Shown here in pieces: positions 1 through 13,120 of a stretch of DNA of 64,000 nucleotides. The translations under genes and the position numbers were made by a program. The stretch comes from Bugula neritina (lineage: Eukaryota; Animalia; Bryozoa): the NCBI GenBank assembly GCA_964035545.1, contig OZ037771.1, positions 7,101,190-7,165,189 on the forward strand, given 5' to 3'. Below the pieces are notes generated by a model, which saw nothing but the letters and a program-made list of their open reading frames with translations, was not told the DNA's origin and did no database searches. Numbering within the stretch: position 1 is the first letter of the stretch; each line of letters starts with the position of its first letter.

Positions 1-404
1 AGCTTATTATATAGTTTACGGTTTCCATCTTTGTGGGCTACTTGTTTTTGATAGATCATTTCTGTAATATGTTTAGTAATCCAAGGTTTCTGATTGGTAC
101 ATGTTCTGAAGCTTTTCGTGGGTATGCAAATATCTGTGCAGAAGTTTATATAGTCTGTTACAATTTCAGTTTGTTGATGGATGTTATCATCATCAGAGAG
201 CAGATTATTCCAGATAGTAATGTCAAATGCTGCTTTCAGCTTTTCACAGTTCTCTTCAGAATATATACGTCTGGTGACTCGAGTTGGTTTGTATTTAGAT
301 AATGGTGTGTAGGTTGGTATGAGATGTGTTATAAAGTGATCTGACCCACCAAGCTTTGCATGTTGATGGCATTGTTTGAAGGCATCTTTGATTCTGATAT
401 AGCA
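1..404 (-). mobile_element. 5'-truncated non-LTR retrotransposon (Rex1/Babar-like LINE) ORF2 fragment: end of APE endonuclease plus linker, running off the left edge
   Basis: Minus-strand translation is open: CYIRIKDAFKQCHQHAKLGGSDHFITHLIPTY...YSEENCEKLKAAFDITIWNNL...IVTDYINFCTDICIPTKSFRTCTNQKPWITK. The LGxSDH endonuclease end and the TxYIxFCxDxxIPTK...NxKPW linker are typical of Rex1-clade ORF2. Not in the supplied ORF track. Confidence 0.85.
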
Positions 405-1917
405 TTTATCATAATGCATATCATGCACACCTAACCTAAAAACATTTAAAGATGAGTTTTTTAACTAATAAAGCGCTGCATTTCCATGCAAGCGAATAAA
501 TCGGTACAGATGTCCGTACGAATTACAGCGAAAGAAAACCACCTGTTCCTATGCAATTCGTACAAAGTTATTTTTTCTTTGAAATTGTGATGACTAAACG
601 AAAATGATAATTAATATAGCCAACATTGAGGCAGTGTTCATGTGTAGTGGAAATGTATTATATATTGCATTAGAGTTGTCTTTTCATGCATCGAATCTTA
701 TTTTTATTTTTATTTTTAAGGCACAAGTGTCGATTGTCGGGCTCCGGCATCGGACCAAAGTATCGGTGTCGGACTCCGACAATTGGACAGAATGAGAACA
801 AAGAATTTTTCCTTGTATAAAGGAGGCGAGCTCGCATTGTAGAATCAGTCTACTACTGAAGCTCGCCGGATCAAGACTACCTTTATCAGCTATTTATTCT
901 ACAATAAATATTAGTCTACTCGAAATCACTACCACACCTTGTTCTTCCTAAACTGGAGTTATGCTCCCCACTTGAACTGCATTCTACACACAAAACCACT
1001 ACACATGCACAATGGCATTTTTTAATTACCGCTTCTGTCCCCATTTTTTTATAGATTCAATTAATTAAATGCACAAACTTTGAGATAGTTTATTTTAAAT
1101 TAAAAAAGCATAAGTAAACTAATGAAAGCATAAAGTGTTTTGTGATCAATAAACTAAAGCTTAAGAGTTATTTAAATTTTCAAAATGAAAATAACTGCTA
1201 ACTTGTTTTTAGGTTAGGGATGCTTTAGTATACAAAAAAGTTTTATAAATTTAAGATGATTGGTAATTGTTTTAAATAATAGCATCTAAAATCAATAAAA
1301 TAACTTAAATTGTTATAAGCCTAAATATACTTTAACTTGTAACTTGCAACTTCGTAATTATTGTCTACATCACGTAACTATGTAACTAGCCGCCACAAAT
1401 GCTGATCTCTGCCTCCGACACAAAAGGTTTCATTTGATTTAACCGAAGGAACCATTTCCATCATCTGCATAATGCAAAGGAAATTTTTCATTGAAAGTCA
1501 TTCGATTGAATTTCTGGCTGCAGTTTTGCTTCGATGCAACTAGTTCAATATGGAGCGAATGAAAAAATCCATTCGCATAATTCAATAATGGAAACACAGT
1601 GAAGATCAAAATTTTAACTAATATGTCATTTTAGTTTTTTTTTGTCCCTAGTTATTAGTAATCATCTACAGTTGATAAGTAATAGTCTAATCAGTTAAAG
1701 ACTATTTTAGTTCATTGTTGATAGTCAATGTTTACCTTGTAATTGGTAATTGCGTGTTTTTTGTGTGTTGATCTAACCAAAAGATTTTTAATCAATAATT
1801 ATATTGGTATCTTTATTGCCTATATATTGCCCTTTATTGCACATATAGAAAATATATTGCATGAATATGATTTCAGAAGGGAGCTATTTACAACTGTTTA
1901 CAAAAGATCTCACTTAC

Positions 1918-4900
1918 TTTTGGTTAGCCTTATCAATTTCCTTAGGTCGGTTGCATAGACATAGCTTTCATTTCCTGGAACTAATGTAACTGCGCTGGGT
2001 CTTTGAATGCCACTATACACAGCTGTTGAGTAGTCCTTTTTTGAAATCACTATTATCTTGTGAGCACTAAAATAAAGTCAGATTTAGAACACATTATACA
2101 AAATTATGAGAGTTGATTTTGTGAAAATCCGATAATTTAAATTAAACTCTCATTCTAGTGTCATATGTGACATGTTACGCTGTTGAATATCTGCCACTTG
2201 TCATAATAATGCAAAGCTTAGGGTCGACTCAATAGACATAGGCTGGAAGAATTTATACTTTTTAAAGGTGAATTTTAAGCTATGCATTTTCTTAGACTCA
2301 ATAGTTCAGTTGATTTAGAAATCAGACATAGCTATAAGCACTACTAATGCAATAACATTTGAAACAATTTTACTATAACCAACATGCATATGCTAAGCTG
2401 AATGTCATGAACTAGACAACTCTAACGCTTGACTCAGCTAGCATAATTTAACATGTGGCATCTGCTAAAGTTTGCCAAACAGAAAACATAACTCTATTTG
2501 TTTAAATATGACTACTTTTGAGTTTTACCGCATTGATAATGCAGCATATATTGAGTGAGTCATTGTTGCTATGAATAATCTACTTTGCCTGTTACTTATT
2601 GATTTATTTTTACCGAGCATTGTCTGGCACTAAAAGAAAATCTCCAATATCTGCTCCCCAAGAGTTTGAAAATACAGTTAGCCGTGTAGATCCTTGATCA
2701 CCATTGACTATATCCCTTTCAGCTTTATATACAAAAACAACAACAAAAAGTAGAGATCAAATGAGTATATCATATATGACTCTAACTTGCAGTCTGGCAA
2801 ACTAGGTTGATGAGCAGTTGAATAATGAACTGCATAATAGTATCAGATTTACTAAATTTTAAAACATAATAGTGTATTAGAACAGATATTTATGCGGGCA
2901 TGCATAATGCTTTTTTCTAAAGCTGCTTATAACATAGGAATGCTGTAGTATACATAAATGTGTATAACTTGCATGAAAAGCACTGAGTGACCTCCTAATT
3001 ATGTAAATATACTCATATTTATTCATTTTGTACTTGCTAGAATAATTTTACTTCACTCACATCAAAGTGTACAAATCAAAGCAGCAGTTTATGCAATGTA
3101 TCTAATATACATGCATACATTCTGGAATATTCCCATTATCCAGTAAATTTTCTATTTGTTGTAATGCTTTTATTTATGCTAAGAATTTTTTTAAATTTTT
3201 GTTCTTTAAAAACAGCTGCATAGATAATGCGGAGTACAATTTAATATCAATAATTGTCATAGAATAGATGTCTCTTTACCTAAAAATTTTTATTTAAGTA
3301 TAATCAGTGGACATATAACGCATTACATATGCATATTTTGCACTGAGTATCTGCTTTGTATTACAGTGTTGAAAAATAATTAACTATATACATATTTCAG
3401 ATAGAGTCTCACCATCTATCATTTAAGTGTGTATACATCAAATTTTTAAATTAGATCAAAATACATATAGAAACTACCAAAAAATACTTACAATCAACTT
3501 TTGGATAGCTGGCCTTCAAGTAAGATGTTGAGTAACTGACTTGAGAACCAAGGAGAGATTCCAGTGGAAAATAGTAAACCGAGTAAGAATTCAAGTCTCT
3601 CCGAACAATGGAAAAAAGCCCTTGCATATCGTGGTCCAGAAAAACCGACATTATCTAGAGATAGACATAAATTTAATGTTTCTTTAAATGTAACATTTTT
3701 TGTTGATAAGATTCTTATTTTTAACATAGCTCGCTTGAAAGTTCTAAAAATATGCGTTATTTGATACAACAAATATTATTGATTTTTAAATACAGATTTT
3801 AAATGAAATAATACCGAAAGAAAATTTTGAGAAAAACTATTTTTCCTTTTATTATGTTGTGTAACTACACTGCTCTAGCTAATAGTGTCGAAGCGATGCA
3901 TCATTTATCATAATATATTGTGTTTTGCTTGTAACTTATTCACATAAGCACTTATACATTTTGCTGATATCCTATAAAGAACTTCTTAGTATCTATTTAA
4001 AAATATATTTCCACCTATCACATGAAGTTAACAACGTAGCTATACACCTTTATGATGCTATGAAGTATATATAGGATGCAAAACATAACAATATAATAAT
4101 ATTTTACGAGCACTACACATGACAGCAGTGATATAGTATATGTAGACTTACTTTGTGAGATGTACTTGAAAGAAGGGTAGTAATTGTCTGGGTGATTGTA
4201 TCAATTAATCTAAGTTTGTCATCTGCTTGTCTGACAATCAGGTGAGTGGAGCTGATATTAGTAACATCTAAAGGGTTCAATACCCCACCACCAAAAAAAT
4301 CAAATGGTGTGTATGAACCATCAGAGGAACCCGATGTAATCAGAGTGGTAACCTCTGTGCTGCTGCTAGCTATTGCAATGATTCGAATAGCATTGTTGAC
4401 ATTATCGGCAACTGCTATCTGGCTACCAAATGGTGTGCAGCCTTTTGGTTGATTAAAAGCAGCCAGATTCCCAGAGTAATCAAGAAAACCTTAAAAGAAA
4501 ATGATTCATTTATGTTTGTTAAAAAGATAATATTATTGATTTAACAATTTTTATTCCAGTTGTAGTTGCTAAATATATGTGAATATAGCTATAACAAAAA
4601 TAAACTACCATGCAATCTATAATGATATAATCTAATAATTTATTCACTGTTTTTAGGAAGGTTTACTCACACGAAGCAGTAATAAATAAAGGCAGTAATG
4701 AAATAGACATAATGTATTTTTTGCATTATATTTTGTGAATGTAACTGGGCATACCTTGAAACGATCTTCCAGCAATATCTTCTACAGTTGCCTCACTGTG
4801 ATTGTTGCTCCAGTCAAATTTTAGAATAACATGATTTGCTGTCCCGTAGACAACATGTTCAGCAACAGGATCACTACAAAGACCTTGCAGCAAATAGTTT

Positions 4901-5004
4901 CCATTCCCCAGCTGATGTTGACCTTGGAATATGGTAGTTTCTATTTTATTGGCAGCCAAAGTGGTTACTGCCAACAAACCGATTGTTACAAAGATTACCA
5001 ACAT
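1918..5004 (-). CDS. Secreted NHL-repeat (beta-propeller) protein, >=336 aa; 3' exons not identified
   Basis: Phase-consistent GT-AG exons 5004-4755, 4489-4152, 3654-3492, 2722-2614, 2066-1918. Signal peptide MLVIFVTIGLLAVTTLAA. NHL-type repeats: DIAGRSFQGFLDYSGNLAAFNQPKG...IAVADNVNNAIRII, FSNSWGADIGDFLLVPDNARAHKIIVI, IQRPSAVTL...VYATD. The last exon ends at a GTAAGT donor. Possible 5'UTR exon with donor near 6840 and acceptor near 5077. Confidence 0.8.
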
Positions 5005-5227
5005 TATAGGCAGCCAATAAAACAGCTCAATGACTTTTTACAGCTTTGAATTCTGACATGTAAATGACTTAAAACCTGATAAAGTTACATATTAAATAAA
5101 GGAACGTGCTAATTCAAATCATCAATAATTAATAAAAGTCTGGACGAATGCATTAAGTTTATTGATAAGGAAAAAAAGTCTTTGTTATGTATGTGCAAGA
5201 TGTTAATATGTATTGAATGCATTATCA

Positions 5228-5923
<696 letters not shown>

Positions 5924-7470
5924 TTAAAACAATTTAGAAATGTTTTACAACTGCATGAGCTGTTTTATAGCCACCAAAAATGAGCAATATGTACATCACT
6001 TCTTGCTTCCAATTATGACATACAAATGCTGATTGCAAAAGTTTAAACACTATTTCTTGAAAAACACTTCTCATCTAATTGAAATGCAAACAACTTGACA
6101 TACAGAATAAGTTGATGCGATGAAGGGGATGAAATAGCAATGGTGTTGCTGAATTGATTTTCAATAAAGCTTGAAATTTAATCCCTGCAATACTGTATTT
6201 AATCAATAAAACTGCAAGTAACTAAATACATTTTCTTTTCACTCTTTTAATTACTGAACCACATCTTTATGCTGGGTATTAATTCAACATTAAAAATTGA
6301 TGCAAAATTATTTATACAAATTTAAATATGTTTTAGACTACACAGCTATATAGATTTTTGTGCCTTGAAGAAAAATATAATTCATGCAGTACAATATGCA
6401 ACACCCAGTCTACCAAGATCTTGTACTAACCATTGTAATTGGTATACAAGTATGCAAGCTCAAATGCAAAAAAAATAATTTTCTAAGACATAGTCGTGTA
6501 ATTTTTACCACAAGAATTTTTTAATTTTCAAATATATTATGTCGATTAAATCTTTAAAATTGCTTAAATTTTCTTGTTGATAAACAGTTGAACATTTATA
6601 AGTATCTATATTTATTTTAATTAAATTTTATCTAACACGATAATATTTTGTTGCTACGTGTCCTGAATGCCAGTTATAGGTATTTTCTTGATATAAAATT
6701 GTCTTTTTAAGTAGCCTAATCTGTCACTTGGCTGGTTTACGTCATATGCTTAAAGAAAACTTAAATTATTACAAAACTTTGATTAATTGCAATTCTGCAT
6801 GACCTTTTGATATTTGATCTGACAGAGTATATTACTCACCGCTGCACACAAACAGGCAGTAGAATGTACTACAAAATCTGAGAAAACGGTTTCAATCATT
6901 GATTCCAATGTTATATAGAAGATGGTGGTTTTCCATATGATAAGTTATTATATAGGACAGTCTAGAAGAAAAGCTGGCAAGCCTCTGCAGGGGACAGGAT
7001 AATACTTTATCAGCTAATTTGTAATACGTGTTCCTCACCAACCAGTTTGAAAAGCTCTATATTGCTTATTATACTTGTTGTGCATAACTAGCGTATGCTA
7101 CATAATAGGTTTTTCAAACTTTTATGTTTGTTTGAGAAATATTCTGTCATAAACAAGATCTATATTTTATATAAATTTTTATTTTTATATAAAATTGCAT
7201 GTTCTAGCCCGGAGGTGAAAATTTGTGACTTTCACTTAGCTTTTAATAGCTGAGATTACAGCATATTGATGATTATTTTCTAGACTAAGTGTTAGTCCAA
7301 ATAGGTGATCAACAACCCCTGATCAGCACCTAATCATGGGATACTCTCCCAATTAATAACTCATAACATTTCATCTGGAATATTACATGTTTTCACCAAT
7401 AAGTTTGTTGAACTGTATTACACTAGGATGATGAGAATAAATGTGAATCAGTAAAAATCTTATTCAGCAT

Positions 7471-9960
7471 TTAATTATTAATTACAGGTTCCTTGAGTGC
7501 AGCGATCCGAGCTTGTTCAATTCTTTTCATTCGTTCCGATTTGTTTACCAGTGCCGTGATTCGTTTCCACATATCTATAGGATTTGAATCGTCATTTTTC
7601 AATTTTGCTGCATCATTAGTTTTTATTGTTTTTGATTTGGACGATCCTTGAGTTGAAAATTTTATAAAAGATCTAGACGCTGCCAAAGCCTCTGAAAGAC
7701 GAGCTGCCTCATAATAGACGCTTTCTGCGCTAGTTTTAACAGTTTCTAAATGCTCTCTGGATAGAATTGTTATCTTTATCTCAGAAGCACTTTGCTTTGA
7801 TAAAGGCTTTTCAAACAATCGTCTTTGTTCTTTAATTTTTTCTAAAATATCCTGTTTTTCTTTTATAATATTTAGAAAACTAGCACTAGCTTGTTGAGAG
7901 TCGTTTGTCTTTCTTGTGTACTTTTGATTTTTTTGATACTTGTTTACATAATGGACTGCAAATGCAGTGACTATAAGTACAACAACCAGTACGGTGGTTG
8001 GTACTAAAAAGTTTTTGAATAACAAGGAGTTTACAAACTGCACTTCGAAGCTAACAATGACAGTTTGAACAAATGTTTCTCCTAAAAGGGCGGCTCTACA
8101 GGTTATAAACAAGGGCTGCTCTGTTCTATTTTCTATATGTCTGCAACATAACATAATAAGATAATTAGAAAACACCTAAAAAGATTTAATGCCAATTAGG
8201 TTAATTTTCAGTGACACTCAACAGCTGCATTTTAAATGCAGTTTGAAACAATATTGTTGACATTAACCCACAGAGTTCAAAGTTTATAGAGCACATATTG
8301 TTACTGGTAAATAATTGTTTGTGGACTTTCAGATTATAAGCAATAAAATATTTTTACACTAAAATTGGCCTTTAGTGTTATGTAGCTATTATAAAATGTA
8401 TTCGCAAAAATTGTATTTATTGAAATTTTTTGCTAATAAATATGCTTGATGCTATCTATAAATTAAAAGAAGTATTAGACTTTGATAACTTTATATAACA
8501 ATTTAAAGTTTAAACATGTTTACTTAGTTTGGCTCTTAACTAAACGGTAAAATGTTCAAGTCACCCTGCATTATAAAAAATACTTTTGAAAGAACATGGA
8601 ATGCTGTGCTTAAACTAATTCGGCTGTTATTTGTAAGGTGAAACAAAATACTATAATAATTTATTTCTTAGCTACTGAATTTTTTATAACAATTTCAATT
8701 TAATGATATGCATTATATTGTTTTAAAATTAAAAAAATATGAGACAATAAAATTTAAATTTCTAGCTAGAATTTAGAATTTTAAACTTAAATTTATTAAT
8801 TTTAACTTTAACGTTGTTATTTTATGCTAGAAAAATTAGATTTAGCTGCCAGAAATTTTTTTGGCAGCTCATACACTTAATCAATCACTATTAGTTTTGC
8901 ATTTAAAATTATTATAGAAAGTTTTTCAAATTTTCAATCCTACAATAAACTTGAATTTTAAAATAGGACGATATTGAGTTTAATGTTGTAACTGACTATA
9001 GTTGAATGAATAAATAAATTAGGGATTAACTTACAGTGGTGTATATTCATCTCCTTTTCCTCCTTCCATGGTCTCACTTGGTACCCCAAACCATGCAAAA
9101 GAAAGTTCTCCTTTCCATTCAACATAATCAGAACATTTGAGAGTTTTAGCTCTGTTATTATTTCGCAAAATAATCTTAGGAGTTGCTTTGGTGTTTCGTT
9201 TAATGAAAGCAGTTTTTGAGAAGTTCCATCTTTTAGTTATAGTTTCTAGCTTAGTTATAGTTTCTAGCTGGTCTCCAGATTCAGCTTTACATAAGAGATG
9301 TGCCTGTTTGTGTGAATGATCAAACCTAAACTTTGGTAAAATAGCTGTGCTATTTCCAGAAGCTTGTAATATAATTTTACTTCCTAGTTTCAAAGATAGT
9401 GTCACTCTCCAAACATTGTTGGCATCATTCAAATTACAAACGAAAGAATAAACTAAATTGTATTGCAACGTTTCATTATCCAAATTTGGAGTTATATAAA
9501 GTTTAGGTAGAAGTTGTACTGAGCTGTAAATGTTTGATGTAAGTTGGTTTGAGAAAGTTTGATTGTTGACAGCCACGCTACATTTTAGGTCATGAGATTC
9601 ACTTTTATATTTATCAACTGAAAACCTCCAACGGATACACGTAGAGTTTATATACTTCAACACAGTGTCACTGCAGTTGAAACTTCCTGCCACCTGTTGG
9701 CATGTTTCAACTCTGTCATTACTTTCAAGTGTCACTTGCATGTCAATGCTTCTAAGTGACTGTGAATTGCTGAAAAAGACAACTTGACACTCGAACCATG
9801 ATGCCCATTTATCACTTACATTTTGCAAAGTAGTCTTAAGTGGCTCTATGCTTATTAGAAAGCTGTTGTACTGACCAACATTTTTGTTTATATGCTGCAG
9901 AGTTAAATCACTTTGAGTTGAGCTTGTCAAAGTCACAATCAGTATGAAAACGGACCACAT
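7471..9960 (-). CDS. Type I transmembrane protein with three Ig-like domains and ~160-aa cytoplasmic tail (~531 aa, 2 exons)
   Basis: Exon 1 is 9960-9035 (donor CT|GTAAGT) and exon 2 is 8140-7471 (acceptor ttgcag|A), phase 2 consistent. Signal peptide MWSVFILIVTLTSSTQS. Cys pairs with Ig spacing: WFECQV...LKCSV, FVCNL...LLCKA, and LKCSD..FAWF...FITCRA (completed across the intron). TM FLVPTTVLVVVLIVTAFAVHYV. Ig fold is inferred from the pattern only. Confidence 0.8.
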
Positions 9961-10246
9961 ACTGAGAGCATCAATTTAGAAATTCATGTTTTAAGAATGC
10001 TACTAATTACACAACAATTCAAATGCTTTTCTTATTAATAAATAAAACTCAAACAAAATTTAAATTTTATGACTTCAGATTGTTTAGTTTTAAAAAATTT
10101 TGTATGCTCTTATTGTTGAAATATAAAATATTTTTAACAGATGGTTTGTTATTACAAATTGTTTTTCTGTCAAATAAAACATTGCAGTACTTGTATGCAG
10201 TTATGATTATCTAAAAGTTCCATGGCCAACCTAGGCTGACAAAAAC

Positions 10247-12161
10247 ATGGCAACTTTTAAACAATGGGTACTGTTAGGAACAACGTTGATATTGAGCTAC
10301 CAGGCTCATGTGGTAGAAAGTAGCATGTACGTCGATTATGGTGAGTACATAAGATATCATTATTTGAAGTTGCTTTATATTTATTATTATAGAACTTTAT
10401 CTCTTGCATGTGCTTAGAATGTAGCTGCATGTTTGGTTATTCATTAAGCTAAATGTTCCAATGAAATACTTTAAATAACTGTTTATTTAAGCTTTGAAAA
10501 CAATTTGAATTTTGGAAACAATAGAAAAAGTACTAATGTACATGTTCATTTTTATAATCTAAACAGTCACAATCGAATTTATTTACTTTACAGTTACATG
10601 CTCTACTGACGAAGATTGCAGAAATGAGAAGAACACAGAATGCATTGACTCTATATGTGACTGTGTGGAGGGAGCAATAAAGCTGAGTGACAACCAGTGT
10701 CTAGGTGACTTATACTATGTTGTGTGCATACTGCTGTAAAAGCCATGTTCTCACTAAAAGCAATCAGATAGTTTTTAGCTAAATTTTTGTAGCAATTCCT
10801 CAAATACTGAATAACAAACACCAAATAAATTAAAAGCTAGAATCATATGGTGTAGAAAATATTAGATGCGTATATTGTTTCACTTTTGTACTATATTACT
10901 ATATAAACTTTTGTACTTTGTTTTAGGTTGACAAAACATGTGTTTTTAAGAAACATTGCAACATATATAAATAAAGAATTCTTATAATCACCACAGCTAT
11001 AAATGAGAAATATTTTTTGTTATTACAATAAATTAGTTTGAGGTGTTTGAAAATGTTACCCAATCTCGTTAAATATTGTAAAGCATATGCAAACATGCAT
11101 CAATAATATACAATTGATTTTAACATCTAGTTTAAGAAATAATATTTAGTTCTGTTGCTAATTCTTTGTGTTAATTAGGTAGTGCATTATTTGCTAAGCT
11201 ACATTAAAATTATATCCTAATTAACTCATATAGCTAATTTTATTACCCAGAAGGGGAAGATATGCCTACAGCTAGAAAGGTGGGTAAAGCAGAGTCTGCG
11301 GAGAAAGTTAAAGTTGGAAAAGGAGAACTTCCTAGTGATGCGATACCTGACTGGGCCCTGTACGCCTCCATCTTCTTTGGATTTATTGGAATGATTTTAA
11401 TTGGTATAGCTATAGCAAAAAGGTATGTACAAAAAGGACACATATGTGGCCAAGTGGCATTTGGGGTAAAAACTTCAATTATGATTACCAAAACAATTTT
11501 TTTGTTCTAAATGATGTTAATAATAAAAATGTACACTATAGAACAAAAGTTTGTAGTTAGTGGAATTGATCACATTTTTTTATAGATTTTTTGATTGCTT
11601 AATTTGAAAAAGAAGCATAAAATATGTTTTTCATGTTAATTTCATAAATTTTGCTTCCTGTATAGCTAAACAATACTTTGTATTTTTTATTATTTTTCAA
11701 TCTTGAACTTTAAGAATATTAATAATTTTATTTTTACAAAAAGTTAACTAAGCATACTAAGCAGTATGACTTATTGTATAGGCATGCAGTGATCAATTTC
11801 AATAAAAATTCTCAATTGCTCAAATGAAATACATTATATCTAGTCTAATAAAAATACACAAGTATGATGCATGGTTATTGAGAGCTCATTAAACTTGCCT
11901 GTATAATTGATGACGCTCATCAATCGAAGTAAATATTGGCTGATTTTATACAAAAACTTTAGATCTGATAGGCAAAAAGAAAATGCCAAAAAGAGAGACA
12001 ACTCCGGTGCACTTCCCTTAAACAATAGCAAAGACATAGAAGCGCCTAAAGAAGCTAGCAAGACTTTTCTGACTGTACCGAAGATCAAAGAAATTCAACC
12101 AAAGTTATCTGCTGTTTCAACTCAACCCGCTGCTCTCAACGTGTTAAACACAGCAACATAG
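10247..12161 (+). CDS. Small type I membrane protein with one 6-Cys EGF/EB-like module (~191 aa, 4 exons)
   Basis: Exons 10247-10340 (MATFKQWVLLGTTLILSYQAHVVES signal), 10594-10704 (CSTDEDCRNEKNTECIDSICDCVEGAIKLSDNQC), 11251-11422 (TM WALYASIFFGFIGMILIGIAIA) and 11963-12161 (tail, stop). All GT-AG and in frame (576 nt). Confidence 0.85.
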
Positions 12162-12555
12162 ATTATGTTTTTATGTATCTGTTTGACCAATGTTGTCATG
12201 TGTTGTAATAATTATATGCCAATGATTTACACAATGAACCAAATGCAAGATATGATTTTGTTGAAAGTATTACAATTTTTAAGTTCAACTAAATTTTGAC
12301 AGAATTACATGTTTCAATTATAATAATACCAAATCTTCTGATGACATATGATATAAAGTCCAGCATTTTTTCAAAAAATTATTTATTTGATCAACAAATT
12401 AACATGACAATCACAACTCAGCATGAATGCTAGCTATTTGCTCACTTAAACTTTTTTGCAGGTAATTTTATCAGAATTTAAAATTGATAGACTCAAGCAT
12501 AATTTGAACAATTAATTCATGAAGACATAAAATATTCAAAAGCCTTGACAAATTT

Positions 12556-12658
12556 ATAAGACAATGCAGCATTTCAATTGATTACCTATACTCATTTTTA
12601 ATAAAATTATGATATAAACAAAGCAGTTGTTTATGTAAAATAAGATTCAAATATATAT
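12556..12658 (+). repeat. 103-bp direct repeat, left copy
   Basis: ataagacaatgcagc...aagattcaaatatatat; one visible mismatch versus the copy at 14518-14620. Confidence 0.95.
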
Positions 12659-13120
12659 TGTAAGATGATCTGATGTTGACAAGCTACAAGCTAGCAAGTA
12701 CTAAAGCTACTGACAAGTGATAGCCGAAGGAAAGCCAACAAGGAACACTCTGGAGCTAGAGCTTAGCCTGGTAGGTTAACACAGAAGCAGACAACATTAT
12801 TGGCAATGTTGATGTCATGTCAGTACTGAGGTCAAACCTCACATTTATCATATTATCTGAAAGTGAGATGTCGAGGGTCTGCATATAGACTACACTCGGC
12901 TCACACCCCGTGAAGCAACAGCGAGGGTCACAACTGACTTCTCTCGCCGGCTTACAGAGTCTTCCATGAGTTAAACTCACAGGAGCACACAACATTAGTG
13001 GTAACTGCTTCTGCCTGTCATTCCTTAGTATTCCACTGCAATAATGTGTTTATATCATTACAGTGAACATCAACACACTTTTCCATATCTACAACACACA
13101 TGTATCATTTTATATCAACA
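12659..13120. mobile_element. LTR-like segment (TG...CA termini), single copy
   Basis: Starts TGTAAGATG exactly where the left direct repeat ends and ends TATATCAACA at the gag-pro stop. GC-richer than its flanks. No second LTR, PBS or clear PPT seen, so orientation is uncertain. Confidence 0.45.

Noticed and set aside
33-302. Plus-strand 89-aa ORF
   Set aside because: Antisense shadow of the minus-strand LINE ORF2.
1440-1542. Possible terminal exon of the NHL gene (ASKQNCSQKF...GSFG-stop)
   Set aside because: Weak acceptor context and no NHL similarity, so it cannot be supported.
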